From: Abditibacteriaceae bacterium
Lineage (GTDB): Bacteria > Armatimonadota > Abditibacteriia > Abditibacteriales > Abditibacteriaceae
Length of the DNA stretch: 39,815 bases
Direction of reading: 5' to 3'
Assembly: GCA_031372065.1 (NCBI GenBank)
Contig: JANMKN010000354.1
Location: forward strand, 1 to 39,815
Shown here: one piece after another, positions 1 to 8,018 of the stretch
Position numbering within the stretch: the stretch's first letter is position 1
Layout of the letters: each line of letters begins with the position of its first letter
Position numbers and translations under genes: made by a program
Notes under the pieces: model-generated
What the model saw: the letters and a program-made list of their open reading frames with translations, nothing else
What the model was told of the DNA's origin: nothing
The model's database searches: none

Positions 1-1
1 T

Positions 2-250
2 GGTTTGATGTTCGTGCAATTGTGCGCCTAATGTTTCGCGCATGGCGCTGTTTTCGCGCGCGGCTTTGCCCGCTTCCTGCGCGATGCCGGAAAGTTGACC
101 CGATAATTCGCCGATTTGCGCTGTTAAAGCGGCGCGCAGTTGGTTTTGCGCGGTGCGCGCGGCGTCGTCGAAACGCTCCGCGATGCCCGGCAAGGCGCGC
201 GTGGCGCGTTCGGTTTCGCCGATTACGAAATGCTTATTGGATAATAACAA
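2..250 (-). CDS. Partial ORF running off the left edge; Ala/Gln-rich helical or coiled-coil-like protein or gene fragment
   Basis: Manual translation of the minus strand is open from at least 250 to 2 (LLLSNKHFVIGETERATRALPGIAERFDDAARTAQNQLRAALTAQIGELSGQLSGIAQEAGKAARENSAMRETLGAQLHEHQT) and reads like protein. The start is uncertain: TTG/GTG candidates lie inside the hairpin at 243-286 and there is no SD. Confidence 0.45.
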   Translation of the reverse strand, partial: MLLSNKHFVIGETERATRALPGIAERFDDAARTAQNQLRAALTAQIGELSGQLSGIAQEAGKAARENSAMRETLGAQLHEHQT

Positions 251-286
251 AAGGCCCACCAAATTTTTGGCGGGCCTTTTGTTATT
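243..286. terminator. Intrinsic terminator-like hairpin downstream of 298..615(-)
   Basis: aataacaaaaggccc (243-257) pairs with gggccttttgttatt (272-286); A/T tails on both sides. Confidence 0.75.
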
Positions 287-297
287 TCGAAGTTTGT

Positions 298-615
298 TCA
301 ACTGCCGGGACCCTCAGGAACCTCACAGGCGCCATCGCCTGCTTTGCGGTAGGCAGCTTCTTCGGCTTTGTTGTGGACATCGCCTAACTTGAAGTCCACA
401 TAGTTTTTCGGCCCGTGACCGGGCGCGGTGCCATCAAAATGACCTTTCGCGGCAGACGGACTAACGATAATCAGCACATAAGGGTTTTTGGCGCTGGCGG
501 TGCCGTGGCAAAGAGCGATTTTGTTGACGGCTTGCTGCGCCGTGACGTGTGAGCCGTAAGATAAACCAACGGCGATTCCCAAACCTGCGGTCAAAAGGGA
601 CGTAATCTTTTTCAT
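298..615 (-). CDS. Small secreted hypothetical protein with a Cys/His motif
   Basis: 105 aa; Sec-type signal (MKKITSLLTAGLGIAVGLSYGSHVTA-Q); SD ggagg upstream; motif KIALCHGTASAKNPYVLIIV...GH...GHG...GAC. Confidence 0.8.
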   Translation of the reverse strand: MKKITSLLTAGLGIAVGLSYGSHVTAQQAVNKIALCHGTASAKNPYVLIIVSPSAAKGHFDGTAPGHGPKNYVDFKLGDVHNKAEEAAYRKAGDGACEVPEGPGS

Positions 616-666
616 GTTTTTCCTCCGTTTGTCGTGAGCATCAGGAGCAAGGATTTTGCCAAAATG

Positions 667-1218
667 TTATTTTGTTTTACTAATCTCCTCAATTTTGGCT
701 TGCAATTTTTCAAAGCTGAATCGGTCAGTATTGTTTTTGCCGATGTAGCGAAAAACTTCTTTGCCTTCGGGATTGAGCAGCACCAGAGCCGGGTAATGCA
801 CAGTTTGACCGTGGAATTTATAGCCGTTGGGAATCTCGAAATCTTTGGCTAATTGAGCATCAGCGTCGCGGTAAATCGGGTTTTTGGCAACATCTTCGGG
901 CGTTTGTTTGTTGGCCCATGCCTTGATTTCGTCCACACTGTCGGGCTTGAGGAAAACTTGCACTACGTTGGGCAATTTATCGGCTTTGGTGAAATAATCG
1001 TGCGTGTGGCGCAGGCAAAACGGGCACTCAGTTTTTAGCAGGAAATGCAGTGCCACAAATTTCCCTTTGGCCTCGGACAGCTTAAAAGTCGTGTCTGTAG
1101 TGGCCGATTGCAAGGTGAAATCGTCGGGATTGGCTTGCGCCGGCTCCAAAGCGATGAATGGCAGCGCCAAAAGCAGAATTACGGCCCAAATCGTGGTGAG
1201 AAATCGAAATTGTTTCAT
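667..1218 (-). CDS. Exported AhpC/TSA-type redoxin (thioredoxin fold)
   Basis: CPFC CxxC motif, DFTL...KLSEAKGKFVALHF and YPALVLLNPEGKEVFRYIG; signal peptide from MKQFRF (ATG 1218; the ORF track start is 1242). Confidence 0.85.
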   Translation of the reverse strand: MKQFRFLTTIWAVILLLALPFIALEPAQANPDDFTLQSATTDTTFKLSEAKGKFVALHFLLKTECPFCLRHTHDYFTKADKLPNVVQVFLKPDSVDEIKAWANKQTPEDVAKNPIYRDADAQLAKDFEIPNGYKFHGQTVHYPALVLLNPEGKEVFRYIGKNNTDRFSFEKLQAKIEEISKTK

Positions 1219-1281
1219 GAAATTTTTCCCTTTCGGAGACATAAGGCCTGTAAAGGTATGAAAGTTCCCGGTTTGGGAAAA

Positions 1282-2298
1282 TTATGTGCCTTGGCGGGCT
1301 TTGCGTGGCAGGCGCGGTTTGTTGTTCAAATACAAAATCATCAAAACAGCGGTCATCATCGCAAAAGTGATTTTGAGGAGCGGTGGAAACGGCTGCGGCG
1401 TGATGAAACCTTCGATTAAACCAGCCACGACAAGCATCATCGCCACGCCCATCATCAAGCGCGCCGCTTCGCCGCCGCCGATTTTTAAAGCGTCGCGGCG
1501 TGGCAGATCGCCCGGCGCATAAATGGCGCGCGCCAGCAATAATCCGGCGCCGCCCGCGATGCAAATGGCGGTTAATTCCAAAATGCCGTGCGGCAAAATG
1601 ACCGCCCAGAATAATAAATCCACGTTTTCATTGGTCGCCACGCCCGCCAAAGCGCCGAGCATAAGGCCGTTGAACATCAACACGAAAAACGTGCCGATGC
1701 CCGCCGTGAGGCCCAGCGCTACGGAATTGAGCGTGACTTTGATGTTGTTCACCATTATGTAAGACGAAATTTCTGGTGATTTCACAACGCCTTCAAAATT
1801 ATTGTTGCCGCCCCAACCCGTGATTTGCTTTTTCTTGGCGCGCTCTTGCACTTGCTGCACGGCCCCGCTCACAGGAAACAGGTCGGTATATTGCGAATCG
1901 AAAACAACCGTGGCATAAGCCAAAAGCGCGGGCAGAAACATGAAAACTGCGGCCAGCGAAATCGCGCGCCATTGGCGGCGAAAGGTGGCCGGAAAGCCGT
2001 AGCGCACGAAATCTAAAGCATTGGAAACTTCCGGCGAGGGCGCCGAATAAACTTGCGCATGGGCGCGCAGCACCAAATCATTGAGCGAGCGCACCAGTTC
2101 GCGTCCGGCGGTTGTTGTCGCATAGCGCGTTTGCGCCCTCGCTAAATCTGCCGATGTGCGCCGATAAAGCGCGCCCAGTTCTTGAATTTCGTCGTCCGAG
2201 AGCGCGCCAAGGCCATTTTGCGCGCGTTTGACCAAATCGTCCAAGCGCTCCCACGCGCCGCGCCGCCCGGTTACAAATTGTTCTGCTGTTCGAGACAT
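1282..2298 (-). CDS. SpoIIM-like (DUF95) integral membrane protein
   Basis: N-terminal ELGALYRRTSADLARAQT...LNDLV.RAH..VY, then IMVNNIKV, FNGLMLGA and ILPHGILELTAICIAGGAG, AGLIEGFITP; multiple TM helices. Confidence 0.85.
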   Translation of the reverse strand: MSRTAEQFVTGRRGAWERLDDLVKRAQNGLGALSDDEIQELGALYRRTSADLARAQTRYATTTAGRELVRSLNDLVLRAHAQVYSAPSPEVSNALDFVRYGFPATFRRQWRAISLAAVFMFLPALLAYATVVFDSQYTDLFPVSGAVQQVQERAKKKQITGWGGNNNFEGVVKSPEISSYIMVNNIKVTLNSVALGLTAGIGTFFVLMFNGLMLGALAGVATNENVDLLFWAVILPHGILELTAICIAGGAGLLLARAIYAPGDLPRRDALKIGGGEAARLMMGVAMMLVVAGLIEGFITPQPFPPLLKITFAMMTAVLMILYLNNKPRLPRKARQGT

Positions 2299-2302
2299 AG
2301 TC

Positions 2303-2352
2303 AGTGATGCGTGAAAAGTGATGAGTAATGAATAAAACTACTCATCACTCAT
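2303..2352. repeat. Heptamer-unit inverted repeat in a divergent intergenic region
   Basis: agtgatg/cgtgaaa/agtgatg/agtaatg followed by tactcat/cactcat; agtgatgagta (2317-2327) pairs with tactcatcact (2339-2349). Confidence 0.6.
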
Positions 2353-2431
2353 TTGCGTGACCTTCTTTTTTGCGTTACCTTCTCTAAGACGAAGTTTGAC
2401 CGTTATTTTGCGGGATGGGAATGCGTTTTTC

Positions 2432-3118
2432 ATGGATTGGCTGCAAAACCTTTACAATACCGAAGGATTGAAACATCTGATTGCTACAGGTGGCATAGCG
2501 TTGTTGTTTTTCATCGTTTATGCGGAAACCGGGCTATTTATCGGTTTTTTCTTGCCGGGCGATTCGCTTTTGGTGACGGCGGGCTTGTATGCCTTTGCCA
2601 ACCCTGGCGTGCTGAATATCAATCACATGATTTTGGCGCTCTGTGTGGCGGCAATTGCGGGCGATAACACGGGCTATTGGTTCGGGCGCAAAACCGGGCC
2701 GCGTTTGTATGCGCGCCCTGATTCGCGTTTGTTCAAAAAGAAGCACTTGCAAAACGCACAGGGTTTTTACGAAAAACACGGCGCTAAGACGATCTTTATG
2801 GCGCGTTTTGTGCCGATTATCCGCACTTTCGGGCCGATTGCGGCTGGAATTGCGCAAATGCCGTATGGCAGATTTTTGCCGTTTAGCGTGACGGGTGGCA
2901 TCACTTGGATTACTTCGATGTCACTGCTCGGTTATTATCTGGGCAGTTCCATTCCGGGCGTCGAAAAGAAAATTGATAAAATTATCATTATCGTCATCGC
3001 GGTTTCGCTGTTGCCGATGTTGATTCATTATTTGCAGGAAAAGCGCAAAGGCAAAAGCGAAAAAGAAGCCGTTGTCGCGGCGGTGGCGCCCGGAATCGAA
3101 AAAGCAATGGAAGATTAA
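2432..3118 (+). CDS. dedA: DedA/VTT family membrane protein
   Basis: YAETGLFIGFFLPGDSLLVTAG, AGDNTGYWFGR and ARFVPIIRTF motifs; likely start is MDWLQ (ATG 2432). Confidence 0.9.
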   Translation: MDWLQNLYNTEGLKHLIATGGIALLFFIVYAETGLFIGFFLPGDSLLVTAGLYAFANPGVLNINHMILALCVAAIAGDNTGYWFGRKTGPRLYARPDSRLFKKKHLQNAQGFYEKHGAKTIFMARFVPIIRTFGPIAAGIAQMPYGRFLPFSVTGGITWITSMSLLGYYLGSSIPGVEKKIDKIIIIVIAVSLLPMLIHYLQEKRKGKSEKEAVVAAVAPGIEKAMED

Positions 3119-3124
3119 CGTTGT

Positions 3125-3532
3125 ATGACAAACGAGCAAATCGCCGTTGAAACGATTTACATTTTCGCCAGCGATGGTTTGATGTTGCCATCGGGTTTTG
3201 TGAAATCGTCGTCTTACGCTTGCAGTTTTCTGTGCCGCGTGCCGTCCTCGTGGATGAGCGGCGATCAATTGCAAGAGGCTTATCTCGAAAAAATTCTCGA
3301 AAGCGTTTACGGCGCGGATTGGCGTTTGGGCAATAGCGATGGTTCGCGTTATGTGGTGCAAGTTTCTCGCGTCGAAGTTTTAGAAGCTGAAATTGTGACT
3401 AAAACGCCGTGGAGCCAATTGCAAAACAATGAAAAAAGACATTACTGGTTTTTCATTGGCGACGAAAATGGAAGCGTAAAAAGCGTTTCTCCGGCAGCCT
3501 TTGAGCAGGATATTGCCAAGGAATCGGTTTAA
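3125..3532 (+). CDS. Hypothetical protein (135 aa)
   Basis: ATG 6 nt after the dedA stop, genome-like codon usage, no recognised motif. Confidence 0.65.
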   Translation: MTNEQIAVETIYIFASDGLMLPSGFVKSSSYACSFLCRVPSSWMSGDQLQEAYLEKILESVYGADWRLGNSDGSRYVVQVSRVEVLEAEIVTKTPWSQLQNNEKRHYWFFIGDENGSVKSVSPAAFEQDIAKESV

Positions 3533-3549
3533 GAGCTGCCTGATTCTTG

Positions 3550-3579
3550 TTGACGCTTGCAACGCCGCACCGTTATAAT
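3550..3579 (+). promoter_or_regulatory. Sigma70-type promoter
   Basis: TTGACG (3550-3555), 18-bp spacer, TATAAT (3574-3579). Confidence 0.75.
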
Positions 3580-3682
3580 GAAAAGGCCCTGCTAAAGGGC
3601 ATCGGCCCACTGGGCCACAGGCCAGTCGGACAGAATCATTGAACGTCCGCACGATTTGAGAAGACTCGAAAGGAGAGCATCG

Positions 3683-3781
3683 TTGAGTTCTGACAAAAAA
3701 AAGCACCGGCGCAAGGTGAAAACGCACTGGATGAAAAAGCGCCGCCGCGCCTCGCGCGCCTTGCGCCGTCGCGGACGCTAA
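3683..3781 (+). CDS. 32-aa basic protein resembling ribosomal protein bS22 / AURKAIP1-COX24 (mS38) domain
   Basis: TTG start with SD aaaggaga just upstream; translation MSSDKKKHRRKVKTHWMKKRRRASRALRRRGR*. Length and K/R pattern parallel actinobacterial bS22 ([21 protein letters not shown]...). Below the ORF track length cutoff. Confidence 0.72.
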   Translation: MSSDKKKHRRKVKTHWMKKRRRASRALRRRGR

Positions 3782-3791
3782 AAGAAGTGCC

Positions 3792-3834
3792 GAATGCGGG
3801 GTGAAATTTCACTCCGCATTCCGCATTCCGCATT
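3792..3834. repeat. Heptamer tandem repeat (ccgcatt x3) within a palindrome
   Basis: gaatgcggggtgaaa / tttcactccgcattc near-perfect palindrome; ccgcatt at 3814, 3821 and 3828. Confidence 0.7.
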
Positions 3835-3836
3835 TT

Positions 3837-4535
3837 ATGTTATTCGTCTGCGCCACGCCGATTGGGAATCTTGATGATGTTTCGTTGCGTCTGCTGGCGA
3901 CGCTGCGTGATGTTGCTCTCATCTGCGCCGAAGACACGCGCCACACGCAAAGATTGCTGGCGCGTCATGAAATTTCAACTCCCCTGACTTCGTGTCATCA
4001 GCACACTTCGCCCGCCAAAATCGCCGATTTAGCGGCGCGTTTGGCCGCTGGTGCTGATTTTGCGTTAGTCACCAACGCTGGAACGCCGGGCGTTTCCGAT
4101 CCCGGCCCGCGCTTGGTGCAAGCCGCCGCACAACTGGAAGTGCCGGTTCTCACCATTCCCGGCCCCTGCGCCTTAGCCGCTGCGCTGTCAATCTCAGGAT
4201 TCGACGCGCAGCGGTTTTCGTTTCTCGGTTTTGCGCCGCGCAAGCCCGGAAAACTGCGCAAAAGCGTCGAATCTGCGCTGCAACGCGAAGAAACGCTGGT
4301 TTTCTACGAATCCCCTTATCGCGCCGTCGCTTTATTGGCCGCGATTTCGCAATTCGCCCCGCAGCGCGAGGTTTGCGTGTGCCGCGAACTCACCAAAAAG
4401 TTTGAAGAATCACTGCGTGGAAACGCCAGCGAAGTCCACGAACGCCTCGCCGCGCGCCAGAAACGAGACAAAGAATTAAAAGGCGAATTCGTCGTTGTCG
4501 TCAGTGGGCAGGGCAGCGATGAAGATGAGGAGTAG
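3837..4535 (+). CDS. rsmI: 16S rRNA (cytidine1402-2'-O)-methyltransferase
   Basis: MLFVCATPIGNLDD, CAEDTRHT, AGTPGVSDPG, VFYESPYR, CRELTKKFEE and KGEFVVVV motifs; start set at ATG 3837. Confidence 0.95.
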   Translation: MLFVCATPIGNLDDVSLRLLATLRDVALICAEDTRHTQRLLARHEISTPLTSCHQHTSPAKIADLAARLAAGADFALVTNAGTPGVSDPGPRLVQAAAQLEVPVLTIPGPCALAAALSISGFDAQRFSFLGFAPRKPGKLRKSVESALQREETLVFYESPYRAVALLAAISQFAPQREVCVCRELTKKFEESLRGNASEVHERLAARQKRDKELKGEFVVVVSGQGSDEDEE

Positions 4536-4583
4536 GGAGTAGCTGCAAAGCGCAACTATATTGCAGAACAAGAATTCCACGTG

Positions 4584-5210
4584 TTATCTAAGATATTGCT
4601 TTACATGGGGTGATAACAGCAATTGGGGATCGCGGTCATTAAACACCACAATACCCCTCGAATTTAATATGTAAACGCGCACTGGCGAACCATTGTAAGC
4701 CGCGTTGACACGGTTATCCATGTTGTCCAGCAGAACAGGCACCGAGAGCCGGAAATGATTGGTTACAAGGCACGCATATTTGCGACGATCTCCTAAATTT
4801 TGTGAGTCGGGAAATGTAAAGGGCGATTTCATGCCATATTTATTGTTGGTCATAAGTGAGCCGCCATAACCGCCTGGATGCATTTCATTGGTATAAATCA
4901 CGAAAATCTGAGCGCGATTTTTATAGGTGTCATAGAACCGTTGAATTGTTTTGACATGGCTTGTAAAAAAACCACAGGTTCCACTCCCAAAAATGAGCAC
5001 CACAGGCTTCCCTTTTAATTGAGAGAGACTAACCAAGTTATGATTGCTCACTGCTCTCAAGGAAAAGTTCGGCGCTACACTGCCAACGGGAACTGTATCA
5101 GGCCGTAGTGAAGAATCCCGCGCGCTAATAAATGATGTGTAAGCCAGAAAGGAAGACACTACTACGGATGTTGCTGCTGCCCAAAGTTTAAGTCTCTCAA
5201 TTATGTGCAT
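4584..5210 (-). CDS. Iodothyronine deiodinase-like thioredoxin-fold protein, membrane-anchored or exported
   Basis: APNFSL, GKPVVLIFGSGTCGFF, VIYTNEMHP and VLLDNMDNRVNAAYNGSPVRVYIL match the deiodinase-like pattern; N-terminal hydrophobic segment; visibly AT-richer than its flanks. Confidence 0.75.
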   Translation of the reverse strand: MHIIERLKLWAAATSVVVSSFLAYTSFISARDSSLRPDTVPVGSVAPNFSLRAVSNHNLVSLSQLKGKPVVLIFGSGTCGFFTSHVKTIQRFYDTYKNRAQIFVIYTNEMHPGGYGGSLMTNNKYGMKSPFTFPDSQNLGDRRKYACLVTNHFRLSVPVLLDNMDNRVNAAYNGSPVRVYILNSRGIVVFNDRDPQLLLSPHVKQYLR

Positions 5211-5565
5211 GGTTATGGTTCAAGCTCTGTTGTCTTTGATGAATTACGTGCGCAGAAACAAAGTGGTTTTGTTTTTAGGCCGATGCAACAGCGACTTAGC
5301 TAAAAAGATGCCAGCCTCATTAGTAAGCGGATATAAACGATGGCCTTTGTTATGAATCGTATGAACTTTTGTATTGTCTCTGTAATGATTTCTGCCGAAC
5401 TCTGAAAATTCTTTAGCATTTCATAACTTTAGGTGGAAAAATCACAGTTCTCATCATTTGGAGTTCTCATCATTTCGATAGCAAATTGCCCTTGGGAGGC
5501 AACCTCTTTATCCGGCTTCTTTTATTCGGGCACGATTTGCACAATTTCTAAGCTAAACTGCGCTC

Positions 5566-6819
5566 ATGCTCACATTAGAAAAATATACGTTTGGCGTTGG
5601 TGACCGCTTCGCGCATCAGGCCAAAGCGCAGCTTCGCGCTTGCCAAATGATTGGCGAACATGGCATCGAAGTCATTCCAGTTTGGAACAAAAGCAACCGC
5701 GAACATACGACCATCGGCTCGCAGCCGCCGAGCGTTTTAGCGGCTGCCAAAGTTGCTGTGCAGGAACTGAATTGGAACAAGCCGTTTCACGTTGATGCCG
5801 ATCATATCGGCCTCAAAACTGTGGACGGCTTTTTAGATTCCAGCGACTTTTTTACGCTCGATGTAGCCGATTTTATCGGCCAGTCTGCCGATGAAAACGA
5901 TGTGCAAGCGTTTGTCGAAAATCATCCTGAATTGACCGGCGAAATTACGATTGCGGGCATTGGACAACCGCTTTCAATTTCGCGCGAGGAAGTCGAGCGC
6001 GTGGCGCGCAAGTTTTTGTTGGCGGCGCAAGAAGCGGGACAGATTTTTCGTTACATCGAAGACAAAAAAGGCGCGGGGAATTTCATCGCCGAAGTTTCGA
6101 TGGACGAAACCGATAGCCCGCAAACGCCGCCCGAATTGCTCATCATCTTGGCCGCACTTAGCGACGAAAAAATCCGTTTGCAAACCATCGCGCCCAAATT
6201 CACAGGCCGCTTCAATAAAGGCGTGGATTATGTCGGCGACATTCAGCAATTTGAACGCGAATTCAACGATGACTTAGCGGTCATCGCTTACGCCATCCAA
6301 AAATACGACTTGCCGGAAAATCTCAAACTCAGCGTGCATTCAGGCAGCGATAAATTCTCCATTTACGCGCCGATTCGCCGCGCCTTGAAGCGTTTCGATG
6401 CCGGACTTCACATCAAAACAGCGGGCACGACATGGCTCGAAGAAGTCATTGGCCTTGCCGAAGCCGATGGCGAAGCCTTGCAAATGGCGAAAGAAATTTA
6501 CGCGCACGCTTTGGAAAAACAAGAAGCCCTATGCGCGCCCTATGCGACAGTGATTGATATTGATGTCGCTCAATTGCCATCGGCACAAGAAGTGAATCAT
6601 TGGAGTTCGCAGCAATTCGTGGCCGCTTTGCGCCATGACCAAGCCAATCCCGCCTTCAATCCCAGCTTGCGCCAACTTATTCACGTTGGTTATAAAGTCG
6701 CCGCGCAAATGGGCGAGCGCTATTTGCAAATGCTGGAAAAACACGAAAAAGTCGTGGCGCGCAATGTCACCGATAACTTCTACCAGCGCCACTTAAAGCC
6801 TTTGTTTCTTGAAGCTTGA
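5566..6819 (+). CDS. uxaE: Tagaturonate/fructuronate epimerase
   Basis: FGVGDRF, HVDADH, EVSMDET, APKFTGRFNKGVDY, SVHSGSDKF and HIKTAGTTWLEE motifs. Confidence 0.9.
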   Translation: MLTLEKYTFGVGDRFAHQAKAQLRACQMIGEHGIEVIPVWNKSNREHTTIGSQPPSVLAAAKVAVQELNWNKPFHVDADHIGLKTVDGFLDSSDFFTLDVADFIGQSADENDVQAFVENHPELTGEITIAGIGQPLSISREEVERVARKFLLAAQEAGQIFRYIEDKKGAGNFIAEVSMDETDSPQTPPELLIILAALSDEKIRLQTIAPKFTGRFNKGVDYVGDIQQFEREFNDDLAVIAYAIQKYDLPENLKLSVHSGSDKFSIYAPIRRALKRFDAGLHIKTAGTTWLEEVIGLAEADGEALQMAKEIYAHALEKQEALCAPYATVIDIDVAQLPSAQEVNHWSSQQFVAALRHDQANPAFNPSLRQLIHVGYKVAAQMGERYLQMLEKHEKVVARNVTDNFYQRHLKPLFLEA

Positions 6820-6825
6820 TAAACG

Positions 6826-6954
6826 ATGGAACACAGATTTCATACACGGAAACGGCACGGATTTTCACAGAGTTAGCGGAAATTTTCTCTGTCTCATATC
6901 TTGAAAAGACTGTGTGCATCGGTGCCGTTTCCGTGTATGAAATCCGTGTTCCAT
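6826..6954. repeat. Intergenic long inverted repeat (33-bp arms), family copy 1
   Basis: atggaacacagatttcatacacggaaacggcac (6826-6858) pairs with gtgccgtttccgtgtatgaaatccgtgttccat (6922-6954), one mismatch. Confidence 0.85.
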
Positions 6955-6959
6955 TCAAC

Positions 6960-8009
6960 ATGAATACTTCAAACACTCATCATCCGCTGGGCAAAACGGG
7001 CCTTAACGTGCCGTCGGTTATTTTTGGCACGAGTTGCCTTGGCAACCTTTACGAAGTGGTGCCGGACGAAACCAAACTCGCCGTTGTCAGCGAAATTGTG
7101 GAGCATTCGGCCTCGCCTGCGGTGTTCGATTCGGCGGGCAAATATGGCGCGGGTTTGGCGCTTGAAGTTATCGGAAATTCACTGCGAAAACTGGTTGTGG
7201 CGCCTGAAAACGTCGTTATCAGCAACAAATTGGGCTGGTATCGCGTGCCGCTGCAAAACAGCGAGCCAACTTTCGAGCGCGACGTGTGGGCAGGGATTGA
7301 AGACGATGCCGAGTCGCGCATCAGTTACGAAGGCATTTTGCAGTGTTACGCGCAAGGCAACGAACTGCTGGGAGAAGGCTACAGCGCGCAAGTGGTTTCG
7401 GTTCACGATCCCGATGAGTATTTAGCCGCCGCGCCGGATTCGGACGAGCGAAAGCGGCGTTTTGATGATGTTTTGGGCGCTTATCGCGCGCTTTTTGAAC
7501 TTAAAGCACGCGGCACAGTGAAAGCTGTCGGCATCGGCTCGAAAGACTGGCGTGTTATACGCGAAATTGCCGAAAAAGTGGATTTGGATTGGGTGATGTT
7601 CGCGTGCAGCCTGACGGTTTATTCGCATCCCCCAGAATTGCTCGATTTTATCGCGCATTTGCATGGGCGCGGCGTCGGCATGATAAATTCGGCAGTTTTT
7701 AATGCCGGATTTTTAACCGGCGGGCCGTGGTTCGATTATCGAAAACCTGACCCGGTTGCAGAAGCCGATCTGTTTGCTTGGCGCGAAAATTTTTTTGCGG
7801 TTTGCCAAAGTTTCGATGTCAAACCTGCCGATGCCTGCGTGCAATTTGGCCTCGCCGTGCCCGGTATTGTCGCCGTGGCGCTCAACACGGGTAAGCCGCA
7901 GCGCATTCAAGACAACATCGCCAGCGCCATGACAGAAATCCCCGTTGACTTTTGGCGCGCTTTGAAAAACGAAAATTTGGTTGAGTCGCATTTCCCGATT
8001 GGCGATTAA
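6960..8009 (+). CDS. Aldo/keto reductase, D-threo-aldose (L-fucose/L-galactose) 1-dehydrogenase-like
   Basis: LGKTGLNVPSVIFGTSCLGNLY, FDSAGKYGAG, ISNK, SVHDPD (D/Y/K/H tetrad) and GVGMINSAVFNAGFL. Start moved to ATG 6960 because the upstream extension is the inverted repeat. Confidence 0.88.
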   Translation: MNTSNTHHPLGKTGLNVPSVIFGTSCLGNLYEVVPDETKLAVVSEIVEHSASPAVFDSAGKYGAGLALEVIGNSLRKLVVAPENVVISNKLGWYRVPLQNSEPTFERDVWAGIEDDAESRISYEGILQCYAQGNELLGEGYSAQVVSVHDPDEYLAAAPDSDERKRRFDDVLGAYRALFELKARGTVKAVGIGSKDWRVIREIAEKVDLDWVMFACSLTVYSHPPELLDFIAHLHGRGVGMINSAVFNAGFLTGGPWFDYRKPDPVAEADLFAWRENFFAVCQSFDVKPADACVQFGLAVPGIVAVALNTGKPQRIQDNIASAMTEIPVDFWRALKNENLVESHFPIGD

Positions 8010-8018
8010 AAGGAATTT

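Noticed and set aside
4584..5210. Selenoprotein (UGA read-through) in the deiodinase-like gene
   Set aside because: The active-site codon is TGT (Cys) and the ORF has no in-frame TGA.
6816..6959. N-terminal extension of the aldo/keto reductase given in the ORF track
   Set aside because: It is a read-through of the inverted-repeat element; family similarity starts after ATG 6960.
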